A DNA stretch of 52,292 nucleotides from Microcystaceae cyanobacterium (GTDB lineage: Bacteria; Cyanobacteriota; Cyanobacteriia; Cyanobacteriales; Microcystaceae), in contig JBGTGT010000016.1 in NCBI GenBank assembly GCA_041746575.1, positions 1-52,292 of the forward strand, read 5' to 3'. Within the stretch, counting starts at the first letter, position 1, and each line of letters starts with the position of its first letter. Shown in pieces: positions 42,179 through 52,292 of the stretch. Both the position numbers and the translations under genes were made by a program. The notes under the pieces were generated by a model. The model ran no database searches and had not been told where the DNA came from. It saw only the letters and a program-made list of their open reading frames with translations.

Positions 42179-42757
42179 ATGACCCAATTTGATGACCGGC
42201 TGGAAAGTTTTATAGCGCGCGATCGCACTGCTTGGCGAATATGGTTAGAAAACAACCATCGAAGCTCACCGGGGATATGGTTAATTTACCATAAAGTTAA
42301 GAGCAATCAACCGAGTATTCGCTACAGTGACGCTGTTAAAGAAGCCCTCTGTTTTGGCTGGATTGATAGTAAGGTAAAATCGCTAGACGATGATCGCTAT
42401 CAACAAATTTTTACCCCTCGAAAACCCAAAAGTGTATGGTCAAAACTCAACAAGCAGTATATTGAAGAATTAAAAAAATTAGGATTGATGGCTGAGGCAG
42501 GTTTGGAGAAAATTCAAATAGCTCAACAAGATGGTTCTTGGCATGCACTGGACGCCATCGAAGCACTTATTATTCCACCTGATTTAACGATAGCTTTGCA
42601 AAATGATGAGAAAGCAAAGCAAAATTTTGAAGCTTTCAGCAACTCATCAAAAAAAAATTTTTTATTTTGGATTGAGAGTGCTAAACGTCCTGAGACAAGG
42701 CTTAAGAGAGTAAATCAGACAGTCAGTATGGCATCAGAAAACAAAAAAACTTTTTAA
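42179..42757 (+). CDS. YdeI/OmpD-associated family protein
   Basis: Motifs EALCFGWIDS, FTPRKPKSVWS and SAKRPETRLKR. Confidence 0.9.
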   Translation: MTQFDDRLESFIARDRTAWRIWLENNHRSSPGIWLIYHKVKSNQPSIRYSDAVKEALCFGWIDSKVKSLDDDRYQQIFTPRKPKSVWSKLNKQYIEELKKLGLMAEAGLEKIQIAQQDGSWHALDAIEALIIPPDLTIALQNDEKAKQNFEAFSNSSKKNFLFWIESAKRPETRLKRVNQTVSMASENKKTF

Positions 42758-42803
42758 ACTAATATTCTTTTGCTTAATTTATTTCTTTGAATTCTTCATT
42801 TTT

Positions 42804-43910
42804 TTATAAATATCCTTCAATCAAAATATCATATTCTCCTTCATCTTTTTTAATTTGATGTAAGGTAATTTCTTTGAGCGTTAAAGCATCCGTCATTTGA
42901 GTTAAGTTTAAGTCACCAATCGGAGAAGGGGCTGTTTGTCCGCCAATAATTTTAGGAGCAATAAACGCCATGATTTTTTGAATCGTTCCTTCCGCGATCG
43001 CTTGTGCGGCTAATATTCCTCCACATTCCCACAACACAGAAGATAATCCCCTATTATATAAATTTTCCATTACTTTTGTTGGCGTTAGTAAGTCAAATTC
43101 AACGATTTCAATTTCTTTATCTTCTAAGTGTTTTTTTAAGACCGAATTATTAATAACTTTGGTGAAAATTATTGTCTTTGCCTCTTTTGTATCCCATAAA
43201 TTTGCCTCTTTCGGTAAATCAAACGATTGCGTCATTACCACTCGAAGCGGATTATGAACACTGATTTGATGGGTGGTTAAATAAGGATTATCTAAACGAA
43301 CCGTATTTCCGCCAATAATTACGGCATCACAGGCAGAACGAACTTGATGAACCCAATACCGTGCATTTTTACCCGTTATCCAAGCACTGTGACCCGTTTT
43401 GCTCGCTATTTTACCATCTAAGGTCATGGCATATTTGAGAATACCAAAGGGTTTCTGTTGGGTAATACGATGGATAAACGCTTCATTCAAACGACGACAA
43501 TCCGCTTCTTCAACCCCAATAATAACCTCAATTCCTGCTTGCTGTAACCGTTTAATTCCCTCTCCGGCGACGAGAGGATTTGGATCAACCATTCCTACCA
43601 CAACTTTCGCTACTTTTGCCTGAATTAAGGCTTCTGTGCAGGGAGGTGTTCGTCCATAATGGTTACAGGGTTCTAAATTCACATAAACTGTTGTTCCTTC
43701 TGTCTGTCCTTTTGCAGATTTTAAGGCAAAAACCTCTGCATGGGGTTCTCCTGCTTTGGGATGGAAACCTTCTCCAATAATTTTATCATTTTTGACAATA
43801 ACTGAACCGACAAGAGGATTAGGGCTGGTTTTTCCCAAGGCGCGACGGGCAAGGTCTAAACAGCGTTGCATCATTTTATGATCAAGGGGACTGCTATCAT
43901 TAAATTTCAT
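42804..43910 (-). CDS. ribD: Riboflavin biosynthesis deaminase/reductase
   Basis: Motifs TSPNPLVG, HAE, LEPCNHYGRTPPC and AMTLDGKIA. Confidence 0.96.
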   Translation of the reverse strand: MKFNDSSPLDHKMMQRCLDLARRALGKTSPNPLVGSVIVKNDKIIGEGFHPKAGEPHAEVFALKSAKGQTEGTTVYVNLEPCNHYGRTPPCTEALIQAKVAKVVVGMVDPNPLVAGEGIKRLQQAGIEVIIGVEEADCRRLNEAFIHRITQQKPFGILKYAMTLDGKIASKTGHSAWITGKNARYWVHQVRSACDAVIIGGNTVRLDNPYLTTHQISVHNPLRVVMTQSFDLPKEANLWDTKEAKTIIFTKVINNSVLKKHLEDKEIEIVEFDLLTPTKVMENLYNRGLSSVLWECGGILAAQAIAEGTIQKIMAFIAPKIIGGQTAPSPIGDLNLTQMTDALTLKEITLHQIKKDEGEYDILIEGYL

Positions 43911-44829
43911 AATTCATAATTAATAATTCGTTAATGTCTCCCCGTTTATTGGCATTACTGTTAATGCTACGACCTGCTTTAATTCTCTGTATATTATAGC
44001 CTTGATAAGCTTCTTCAAAGAAATTATTATTATTATCTTCATTTTTAGGATCAGAATTACTTAACATGAGTTTTGCGCCTATTTTATCTAATTTGACAAA
44101 AAATTCTCGTAATCTCAATTGTTCTGAATCATCAAAAAAATGTTGAGAATAAGCGGTAAAAGAGGCTGTTTGACTAATCGGTTTATAAGGCGGATCAAAA
44201 TAGACGAAACTTTCAGAATTTATCCATTTTTCACAGTCCGAAAAGTCTCCCAGTTGAATGTTTGTTTGTTGCAGAATTTTACTCAAAGCAATTAAATTTT
44301 CAGCATGACAAATCAACGGTTTTTTATATCTTCCCATTGGGACATTAAATTTCCCTTGAGAATTGACTCGAAATAATCCATTAAAGCACGTTTTATTAAG
44401 AAAAATTAAAGAAGCAGTTCTTTCTATCCATGCGAGACTGTAGGTATTGAAATCAACGTTTTTTTGAGTATTATTAATAGTCTCTCGAATACGATAATAA
44501 TATCTTTTTTTATTTTCTTCATCTAAAGCTAAATAGGTTTTTTGAATTTCTGTTAACAAATTAATTAAACTATCAACATCTTTTTGAATCGTTTTATAGG
44601 CTAAAATCAATTCTGGATTAACATCAAAAATGTACAATTCTTCTATCTGATAACGTTGCGCTAAATCAATAAAAACTGCCCCACCACCAATAAATGGTTC
44701 TATATAACGTTGAATTTGTCCTTCCTTTAATTCTGTAGGAAGAAAACCTCTCATTTTTTCTAAAAGCTTCCCTTTACCTCCTGCCCATTTTAAAAAAGGT
44801 TTTGCTCGACTGCTCGATTGTTGAATCAT
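43900..44829 (-). CDS. Dam-family DNA adenine methyltransferase (orphan)
   Basis: Motifs PFLKWAGGK, EPFIGGG, FNGLFRVN..G.FNVP and DPPY. Confidence 0.93.
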   Translation of the reverse strand: MIQQSSSRAKPFLKWAGGKGKLLEKMRGFLPTELKEGQIQRYIEPFIGGGAVFIDLAQRYQIEELYIFDVNPELILAYKTIQKDVDSLINLLTEIQKTYLALDEENKKRYYYRIRETINNTQKNVDFNTYSLAWIERTASLIFLNKTCFNGLFRVNSQGKFNVPMGRYKKPLICHAENLIALSKILQQTNIQLGDFSDCEKWINSESFVYFDPPYKPISQTASFTAYSQHFFDDSEQLRLREFFVKLDKIGAKLMLSNSDPKNEDNNNNFFEEAYQGYNIQRIKAGRSINSNANKRGDINELLIMNYEI

Positions 44830-44852
44830 TATTATTCTACTGTCCAAAAATT

Positions 44853-44876
44853 AAGAGTGAGTTGAAACCCACCCTC
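44853..44876 (-). terminator. Hairpin downstream of hemA
   Basis: Minus strand GAGGGTGGGTT-TC-AACTCACTCTT followed by AT-rich sequence. Confidence 0.5.
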
Positions 44877-44894
44877 GTTTAACGTTATTCAACC

Positions 44895-46175
44895 TTAACC
44901 GAACTGTTCTTCAATTTCTAAATCAAACAACATTTGTAACGATTGAAGACATCGTTTTCGTGCTTCAATATCTTGTTGCGCCCGCAATTGCACCATCGGT
45001 TCATGGAGAATCTTATTAACAATTCCTCTTGTTAACGCTTCTATCACCTCTTGATGTTTTTCGGCGAATTCTGTTCCTAAACGAGAAAGGGCTTTTTCTA
45101 ACTCTTGTTCCCGAATATCCTCGATTTTCACGCGTAAAGAACTAATTGTCGGTACGGTTTCAAGGGAACGCCACCATAACTCAAAGGCTTCCACTTCTTC
45201 TTCGAGGAGAACTTCCGCTTCCTGTGCCATTTGCCGGCGACTTTCGTAGTTTTGCGCCACAACGGCTTTTAAATCATCCACATTATATGCTTCCACCTTA
45301 TCCATCCCACTGATGTCTGCATCCACGTTACGCGGCACAGAAATATCAAATAACATCAATGTTCGGGTTAAGATCGCTGTTAGCTTTTCTCGGTTGAGAA
45401 TCGGCTCAGTTGCCCCTGTACTGGTAAAAACCAGATCACAACATTGCACCACATTCATCATCTCTGGCAGTAGTTGAATATTCAGGGAAACTTGCGGGAA
45501 TTGAATGGCTAACTCCTCCGCGCGCCGAGGAGAACGGTTGACAATCGTGATTTTGGTGACCCCTTTTGCCGCTAAATGTTGCACCAACAGACGGGACATT
45601 TTGCCTGCACCGATAATGGCAATGCGATGACTGCATAGGGTATCCACTTTCATGGCCGCCAATTCTACTGCCGCCGAACTGATGGAAACTGCCCCTGTGC
45701 CGATATTTGTTTCTGTTCTAACCCGTTTTCCTGCAGTAATTGCCTGTTTAAAGAGTCTATCGAGTAAACGGCCGATGCCTTTGTATTTTTGCGCCAGTTT
45801 ATGTGTGGTTTTCACTTGGGCGAGAATTTGACCTTCTCCTAACACTAAACTTTCTAAACCTGCCGCTACCCGCAGGAGATGACGCACGGCATCTTGATGG
45901 AGCAGGATAAAGAGATAGCGTCTCAGTTGATAGAGGGGAATATGACCTGTTTCAGCTAAAAATTGTGTAATTTCAATGATTCCTTTCTCCGTTTCCGTTA
46001 CCACAGCATAGATTTCCAATCGGTTGCAAGTGCTGATAATAGCGACCTCTTGGATGTGCGGATAACCCTGTAGATGTTTAAGGGCAGCTTCGAGCTTTTC
46101 TTCTTGAATACTCAATTTTTCACGGATTTCAACAGGGGCTGTTTTATGGCTTAAGCCCACAACGGCAATATTCAT
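44895..46175 (-). CDS. hemA: Glutamyl-tRNA reductase
   Basis: Motifs [25 protein letters not shown] and IGAGKM. Confidence 0.97.
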   Translation of the reverse strand: MNIAVVGLSHKTAPVEIREKLSIQEEKLEAALKHLQGYPHIQEVAIISTCNRLEIYAVVTETEKGIIEITQFLAETGHIPLYQLRRYLFILLHQDAVRHLLRVAAGLESLVLGEGQILAQVKTTHKLAQKYKGIGRLLDRLFKQAITAGKRVRTETNIGTGAVSISSAAVELAAMKVDTLCSHRIAIIGAGKMSRLLVQHLAAKGVTKITIVNRSPRRAEELAIQFPQVSLNIQLLPEMMNVVQCCDLVFTSTGATEPILNREKLTAILTRTLMLFDISVPRNVDADISGMDKVEAYNVDDLKAVVAQNYESRRQMAQEAEVLLEEEVEAFELWWRSLETVPTISSLRVKIEDIREQELEKALSRLGTEFAEKHQEVIEALTRGIVNKILHEPMVQLRAQQDIEARKRCLQSLQMLFDLEIEEQFG

Positions 46176-46458
46176 AGGTAAGTTCTCTTGTTTAAGGATG
46201 GTCAAAACAAAGAAGCATAATGATAAGTGTCTCTAACCTTTGCAATGTAAATCGAGTTTGACCCTAAAACCAAGTCTTTGAAAACAAATCTTTACGTCCG
46301 GTAAGGTGCGAGGTTTGATGACAAATTCGCTTAAATTTTCCCAATTAGGGTTTAGAGGCGACAGAAAGCAGAGGAAAGCAGTAAATTTTAATATAGCATT
46401 AATTTTTACAAAATTTACGAGAATTTTCCCTCTTCTTTGGATTCAACAGAGCCTTCTC

Positions 46459-47589
46459 TTAACGCTTTTTCTTCTCTGCCTCAATATTTTTAATATCCTT
46501 AATTGACACAAGGCGATTGGCGGCAGAATCCCACAGAATAAATTGTGAGCAGTACAGCATATCTGTAAGCCGAAGGGTTTTTGAGTTTGACAGAAGATGA
46601 ACATTGGCGTTATGACAAGCTTCGAGATGGTAGTTAGGAATTCTTTCAGAAAGATGGTGAACGTTATGATAGCCAATATTGGCAGAAAACCACTGAAGAA
46701 TCTTTGGCAATTTTAGGTAACTACTGCCTTCAATAGCACCTAGTAGGTAATCCCAATCTTCGGTCTTATGAGCATAAGATCCTTCAAAATTATGCTGTAC
46801 AAAAAAAACATAAATAAATATTGCGGCAGAAAAAGTCAAGATAATTGAGTAAATCGTTAAAAAGAAGGCTGCGCCTAGTAGATAGCTGAAAAAAATCCAG
46901 CTTCCAACCACACAAATATTGTTGAAGAGTAAATCCCAAAACTCTGTTGCTGTGTACCAATTTCTAGACTTATGAGAAGATATAACTGCCGATAGACTGA
47001 TTCCCGAATCTTTCTTAAAACAAGTGAATAGGTGAACTATAAAATCATAAATCCCAGCAATGAGGGCAAGTCTTGGCTTAATAGCGAGGTAGAAAAAGCC
47101 TCCGGGTAAGAGCATTAATGGATGCCTTAGCAATTGATACCTTTCCTGAGCTGATGGTGTAAGTTTGGCAAATTCCTCTGTAGAAATCAAGGCCGATGGA
47201 CCTCGATATCGCTCCCAATCTCCATTCGTTTTATGATGATAAGCATGACCTCTTGACCAAGGATATTGGGGAATCGCATTAATAACCCCCAACATAAAAC
47301 CCACTATCCGATTTGCCCTTTTCGAACGGAAGAGTGAATAATGCCCACAATCGTGCATTAGAGCAAAACAACGTCCTGAAAAAAGGATCATAAAAACGAT
47401 GATGGGTGGAAGAAACCAAAGAGAGATGGGCGCAACCTTAACCGCTAGAAACCATAAAAGGAAGTAAGGAACAACTGTATTTAGAATTTGATATATTGCC
47501 CGAAAGTTACTACTCTTCATATAGGGCTTAAGGACAAAATCTGACTTTCGAATTGCCCTCGTTTTTGAAATTTCTGGAGAGTAGATCAT
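46459..47589 (-). CDS. Membrane fatty acid desaturase
   Basis: His boxes HDCGH, HAYHH and HNVHH, plus FVQHNFE. Confidence 0.9.
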   Translation of the reverse strand: MIYSPEISKTRAIRKSDFVLKPYMKSSNFRAIYQILNTVVPYFLLWFLAVKVAPISLWFLPPIIVFMILFSGRCFALMHDCGHYSLFRSKRANRIVGFMLGVINAIPQYPWSRGHAYHHKTNGDWERYRGPSALISTEEFAKLTPSAQERYQLLRHPLMLLPGGFFYLAIKPRLALIAGIYDFIVHLFTCFKKDSGISLSAVISSHKSRNWYTATEFWDLLFNNICVVGSWIFFSYLLGAAFFLTIYSIILTFSAAIFIYVFFVQHNFEGSYAHKTEDWDYLLGAIEGSSYLKLPKILQWFSANIGYHNVHHLSERIPNYHLEACHNANVHLLSNSKTLRLTDMLYCSQFILWDSAANRLVSIKDIKNIEAEKKKR

Positions 47590-47748
47590 AAAATTTTTCT
47601 ACATTATCTGTTTTTTTAAGCGTACAAAGCTAGTATAGTAGATTCTGTCACCGAAAATGTCAGCCCTTGGGTAGTGGAAAGAATTCGTTTTGGGTAAGGG
47701 AACAAACAAGGGTCAAGATTAGACTAAATGCTAATTTGGGTGAAATTT

Positions 47749-47778
47749 TTTAACCAAAGGTCTATTTCTCCTTAACCT
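47749..47778 (+). promoter_or_regulatory. Pho box (SphR site) upstream of pstS
   Basis: TTTAACCA (47749) and CTTAACCT (47771) match PyTTAAPyPy(T/A) and start 22 bp apart; the middle unit is degenerate. Confidence 0.65.
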
Positions 47779-47899
47779 ATTTTAATGAAAACGAGCGATA
47801 TGATTGGGGAGTGCTAATATTTCATTTTGCATAGGGGTAAAGCCCCAAAAATTATTATTTTTCATATTTACTGAACTTTTTTTGAGGAACAGTTTATTA

Positions 47900-49030
47900 A
47901 TGAATGTACAAGCTTTTCGTCTCATGACAACGTCAGGCCTCCTTCTCATTGCGGTTAGTCTTTCTAGCTGTAATTTAGACCAATCGTCCCCCAATGAGGC
48001 GACGGGAAACGCTCCCCCTATCAAACTTCCCTTTCAAAATACCATGAGGGTTAACGGGGCAGGTGCTTCATTTCCGGCTCCTTTATATCAAAATTGGTTT
48101 GTGCAGTTAAATCGGGAAGTTCCCCAACTTCAGTTTAACTTCCAGTCAGTAGGCAGTGGCGCAGGGATTGAACGAATTATTCAAGGGGTAGTCGATTTTT
48201 CTGCCAGCGATGTAGCGATGACGGATGAACAAATTGCCCAAGTGAGGAGAGGGGGTCTTTTACTACCGATGACTGCTGGCAGTATTGTCCTAGCTTATAA
48301 TCTACCGGGGGTAGAAGACTTAAAACTGCCCCGATCAGTTTATGTTGATATTTTCTTAGGTAATATTACTAATTGGAACGATCCCAAAATTGCAGAAGCG
48401 AATACTAATAGTGATCTACCCGCTCAACCGATTACAGTAGTACATCGTGCAGATGGAAGTGGTACAACATCTATTTTTACCCAGCATCTGAGCGCCATTA
48501 GTCCTCAATGGAAAGATAGAGTCGGTGCAGGAACAGCCGTACAATGGCCATCAGGTAGGGGAATATTTGTGGGCGCAAGAGGAAATGAAGGGGTAACTTC
48601 GGTCATTAACCAAACCAGAGGAGCGATTGGCTTTATTGAATATGGTTTTGCCCGCAAAAGTAACTTAACCACTGCCTCCCTTGAAAATCAAGCAGGTAAA
48701 TTTGTCGCACCCAGCAATGAATCCGGTTCTCAAACCCTTGCTCAAGTCGAATTACCCGAAAATTTAAGGGCTTTTATTACCGATCCTTCCGGTGAGACGT
48801 CTTACCCCATTGTGACCTATACTTGGATGTTATTGTATAAGACCTATGATGATCCCAATAAAGCGATCGCGATGGAAGCCATGATTCAGTACGGCCTTAA
48901 TCAAGGACAAGCCACTGCCGCCCAATTAGGTTACATTGCATTACCGCTTAATGTCAGACAAAGTGTAGCCGCCGCCGCCGATGAAATCACCCCAGACTTT
49001 ACCATTCAGGTAGCTGAAGTAGCTGAATAA
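47900..49030 (+). CDS. pstS: Phosphate ABC transporter substrate-binding lipoprotein
   Basis: Lipobox LSSC, GAGASFPAP, GSGAG and RADGSGTT; ATG 47900 follows GAGGA. Confidence 0.94.
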   Translation: MNVQAFRLMTTSGLLLIAVSLSSCNLDQSSPNEATGNAPPIKLPFQNTMRVNGAGASFPAPLYQNWFVQLNREVPQLQFNFQSVGSGAGIERIIQGVVDFSASDVAMTDEQIAQVRRGGLLLPMTAGSIVLAYNLPGVEDLKLPRSVYVDIFLGNITNWNDPKIAEANTNSDLPAQPITVVHRADGSGTTSIFTQHLSAISPQWKDRVGAGTAVQWPSGRGIFVGARGNEGVTSVINQTRGAIGFIEYGFARKSNLTTASLENQAGKFVAPSNESGSQTLAQVELPENLRAFITDPSGETSYPIVTYTWMLLYKTYDDPNKAIAMEAMIQYGLNQGQATAAQLGYIALPLNVRQSVAAAADEITPDFTIQVAEVAE

Positions 49031-49194
49031 AGTTTTTTTACAAATATTTGCCCCGATAAAATCGCTCAATCCAATTCTTCCATTAAGTTTTTATTAAACA
49101 TTGCTATCCCACTGAGTACCCTGAACGAAGATTAGCGTTCGATCATTGACCCTTTACCCTAAAATCATGACAGCCTTAACTGTTGGAAAATTCA

Positions 49195-49926
49195 ATGATG
49201 AATGAGCAGAATGATCAATCCGTTTCTTCTTCCCTTTCTCGCCGTAGACTTATCCAGTACGGGGGAGGGATGATTGGAACTGCCTTAATGACGACCATTC
49301 TAGGCTCAAAATTAGCGCATCCTGCCTCAGGGATGACTCCTCACAACCTTTCACCCGATCAAGCCTTAGCGCAATTGATGGAGGGAAATCAGCGATTTGT
49401 CAAACAAAAGCAAGAGAATCCCCATCAGACCATTATCCGTCTTCAAGAAGTCGCCGCCGGACAAACTCCTTTTGCGGCAGTCCTAAGTTGTGCAGATTCT
49501 CGAATTCCCGTTGAAATCATTTTTGACCGAGGTATCGGCGACATTTTCGTGGTTCGCTCGGCGGGCAACATCGCTATGGAGGAAGCCATTGGTAGCCTCG
49601 AATTTGGTACTTTAGTATTAGGTGCAACCCTCTTAATGGTCATCGGGCATCAAGATTGCGGGGCGGTTATTTCCACCATGAAGGGGATAGACGTGCCAGG
49701 TCGCATTGGGGTTATCCTCGATAGTATTAAACCTGCCATTGGCAATTATCTGGGACAAGCAGAGAATCCCGTCGCTATTAACCAAGCCACTGAAGCCAAT
49801 GTATTATATCAAGTCGCTCAACTCAATCAATCGCCTGTTATCTCCGAACTGAAAGCGGCCAATAAACTCAAGGTTGTGGGTGCTTATGCTAACTTAGCAA
49901 CCGGACAAATTAAACTGATCAATTAG
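49195..49926 (+). CDS. ecaB: Tat-exported beta-class carbonic anhydrase (EcaB-like)
   Basis: SRRRLI Tat motif; CADSR and HQDCG zinc ligands. Confidence 0.85.
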   Translation: MMNEQNDQSVSSSLSRRRLIQYGGGMIGTALMTTILGSKLAHPASGMTPHNLSPDQALAQLMEGNQRFVKQKQENPHQTIIRLQEVAAGQTPFAAVLSCADSRIPVEIIFDRGIGDIFVVRSAGNIAMEEAIGSLEFGTLVLGATLLMVIGHQDCGAVISTMKGIDVPGRIGVILDSIKPAIGNYLGQAENPVAINQATEANVLYQVAQLNQSPVISELKAANKLKVVGAYANLATGQIKLIN

Positions 49927-50186
49927 GGGATAAAATAAGCTTAATCTTGCTTCCTTGGGAGTATCTTAGGGAAGCTGAAAGATTTTTGTTGTCACGATAT
50001 CTCGGTTAATCTCTGTTTTTAGGCTGAGCCACACGGCGTGATGCCGAAAGTTAAATTCCTACAAACCGAGAATCTAGACTCATAGTCAATCGTTTGTTCG
50101 CCCCCTAACTCGAAAAGCTTGAGGGCTGATCATTTTTGCTACGATAGTAAGTTGACGTTTATTAACCCTTTATTTTGGGCTTAACC

Positions 50187-51548
50187 ATGACCCCTGATTC
50201 CTTGCGCCGTTATCACATCACTACCTTTGGCTGTCAGATGAATAAAGCTGATTCAGAACGGATGGCGGGTATTTTAGACGAAATGGGGTTAAAATGGTCT
50301 GAAGATCCCTACGAAGCAGACCTTATTCTTTACAATACTTGTACGATTCGCGATAATGCCGAACAAAAAGTTTACTCTTACCTCGGACGTCAAGCCAAAC
50401 GAAAACACGAAAAACCCGATTTAACCCTCATCGTTGCTGGTTGTGTCGCTCAACAGGAAGGAGAAAAATTATTACGCCGTGTTCCTGAAATTGACCTTAT
50501 TATGGGGCCACAACACGCTAATCGTCTGCAAGACCTCTTAGAACAAGTTTTTGAGGGAAATCAAGTCGTTGCCACTGAACCGATTCACATTGTTGAAGAT
50601 ATCACTAAACCTCGTCGGGATAGTCAAGTGACCGCTTGGGTAAACATCATTTATGGGTGTAATGAACGCTGTACCTACTGTGTTGTTCCTAATGTGCGAG
50701 GAGTAGAGCAATCCCGTACCCCTGCATCCATTCGGGCAGAAATGGCAGAATTGGGACAAAAAGGTTATAAAGAAATTACGCTTCTCGGTCAAAATATCGA
50801 TGCCTACGGTCGTGATTTGCCCGGTGTTACTCCGGAAGGACGACACTTATATACGTTAACAGATTTACTCTATTTTGTGCATGATGTAGCAGGAATTGAG
50901 CGAATTCGCTTTGCTACCTCCCACCCCCGCTATTTCACAGAACGTCTCATCCGTGCATGTGCTGAGTTACCCAAAGTCTGCGAACATTTCCACATTCCTT
51001 TTCAGTCAGGAGACAACGAAATCCTGAAAGCCATGAAGCGCGGTTACACCCATGAGCGTTATCGCCAGATCATTGCAAACATTCGGGAGTATATGCCTGA
51101 TGCCTCTATTAGTGCCGATGCTATCGTCGGATTTCCGGGAGAAACCGAAGAACAGTTTGAAAATACACTGAAATTGGTCGAAGATATCGGCTTTGATCAG
51201 CTTAACACGGCGGCTTATTCTCCTAGACCCGGTACACCTGCCGCTTTATGGGATAATCAACTGAGTGAAGAAGTCAAAAGCGATCGCTTACAACGCTTAA
51301 ATCATTTAGTCAGTATTAAAGCGGCTGAACGTTCTCAACGTTACTTTAACCGCATTGAAGCGGTTTTAGTCGAAGATATTAATCCTAAAGATCCGACGCA
51401 AGTGATGGGACGAACCAGTGGCAATCGGTTAGCCTTTTTTAGAGGAGATATTCAGGCTCTTAAAGGGCAATTAATTGAGATCAAAATTACAGAAGTGCGT
51501 CCCTTTAGTTTAACCGGAATCCCTTTAAAAACACCTGTTTGTGTTTAG
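50187..51548 (+). CDS. miaB: tRNA-i6A37 methylthiotransferase
   Basis: Motifs [22 protein letters not shown] and a C-terminal TRAM domain. Confidence 0.96.
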   Translation: MTPDSLRRYHITTFGCQMNKADSERMAGILDEMGLKWSEDPYEADLILYNTCTIRDNAEQKVYSYLGRQAKRKHEKPDLTLIVAGCVAQQEGEKLLRRVPEIDLIMGPQHANRLQDLLEQVFEGNQVVATEPIHIVEDITKPRRDSQVTAWVNIIYGCNERCTYCVVPNVRGVEQSRTPASIRAEMAELGQKGYKEITLLGQNIDAYGRDLPGVTPEGRHLYTLTDLLYFVHDVAGIERIRFATSHPRYFTERLIRACAELPKVCEHFHIPFQSGDNEILKAMKRGYTHERYRQIIANIREYMPDASISADAIVGFPGETEEQFENTLKLVEDIGFDQLNTAAYSPRPGTPAALWDNQLSEEVKSDRLQRLNHLVSIKAAERSQRYFNRIEAVLVEDINPKDPTQVMGRTSGNRLAFFRGDIQALKGQLIEIKITEVRPFSLTGIPLKTPVCV

Positions 51549-51584
51549 TTCTAGCGTTAAAAGAATAAGGAGAATATATTTTAG

Positions 51585-52149
51585 CTAGATGCGCCCTAAT
51601 AACTCCTTTTTCTTCGCTTGAAATTCTTCTTCTGATAAGATACCTTGTTCTTTAAGTCGGCCTAACTTTTCTAGTGCTTGATAAACATCTGCCGCTTGTT
51701 CTTCTTGATTTTCTAAGTCAGAGACGTACCCTTTTCCCGCTTCATAAGCTTGTTCATAGACTTTTTTTATCTGTTCTGTATCAAAGCCACTAAAGCCACC
51801 TGTAGTAGAAAACAGGTTGATGGCGACTTGTCCGACGGCGTACGTTGAGGCTCCCGACATAACCGACATAGACGCTCCACCAATAATACTACCAACACCC
51901 AGAATCGCTTTTAGCATACTTGCGCCAATTCGAGTAATAGTCGTGCCAGTGAGAGCCGAAACAAAGGCTTTGGCGGTACTTTGATTATAGTTGACGCGAT
52001 AGAGATTCGCCAGTTGTTGTAACACATCTCTAATTGAATGGCAGTCACTGCCGCAAAGTCCACCAACGGAATCGGGATTAAGCCTCCTCCCATTGCCCAA
52101 AGCACATGAGAACGAATAATTTTTTCAGCTTCCAAACGACAATTCAGCC
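51585..52149 (-). pseudogene. DUF697 + SHOCT domain protein, frameshifted
   Basis: GGGLIPIPLVDFAAVTAIQLEM continues in another frame as LQQLANLY...; the junction reads ATG-TG-TTA. The C-terminus LEKLGRLKEQGILSEEEFQAKKKELL is SHOCT-like. Confidence 0.8.
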
Positions 52150-52292
52150 TAATACCATTTTTCTAAATTCCTGAGAGAGATAGAGCGTTGAGAATAAAAT
52201 CCCAACTCGTCAAAGACTGAATTGTCTCTCGACTGAAACTTTCCAAAATTTGACTAACTTCATCTCTTAATTTATCTAGATGTTCAAAGTTT
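52150..52292 (-). mobile_element. 3' end of a second IS630-family element
   Basis: Minus strand 52291..52163 reads NFEHLDKLRDEVSQILESFSRETIQSLTSWDFILNALSLSGI*, recognised as a cyanobacterial IS630 C-terminus. It is followed by AAAAATGGTATTA ending in TA. Confidence 0.72.

Noticed and set aside
46306..46506. 66-aa ORF upstream of hemA
   Set aside because: It overlaps the desaturase 3' end, has low-information composition and probably spans the hemA promoter.

Overview
AT-rich DNA from a unicellular cyanobacterium, judged from at least 20 HIP1 octamers (GCGATCGC), ndhQ, isiD, urtABC and NtcA/Pho-box motifs. The window is mostly core chromosome: glyS, bioB-bioY-lspA, pyrR, comA, ispF, cdd, cax, clpS, trpG, urtABC, coaBC, rpmF, rpsU, glgX, ribD, a Dam-type methylase, hemA, pstS, a beta carbonic anhydrase and miaB. 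Both ends run into the 3' tails of two different IS630-family transposases, and each element appears to have inserted into a host gene. Three genes are disrupted: a Uma2 nuclease, a PEP-CTERM protein and a DUF697/SHOCT protein. Two real small genes missing from the ORF track were found (ndhQ, rpmF). Non-coding oddities include a perfect 45-bp palindrome abutting the NtcA promoter of urtA, REP-like hairpins and remnants of very small mobile repeats. I saw no CRISPR array, tRNA, rRNA, prophage or multi-gene defence system. I cannot support a claim of a new multi-gene biological system. All family assignments come from motif recognition, not database searches.
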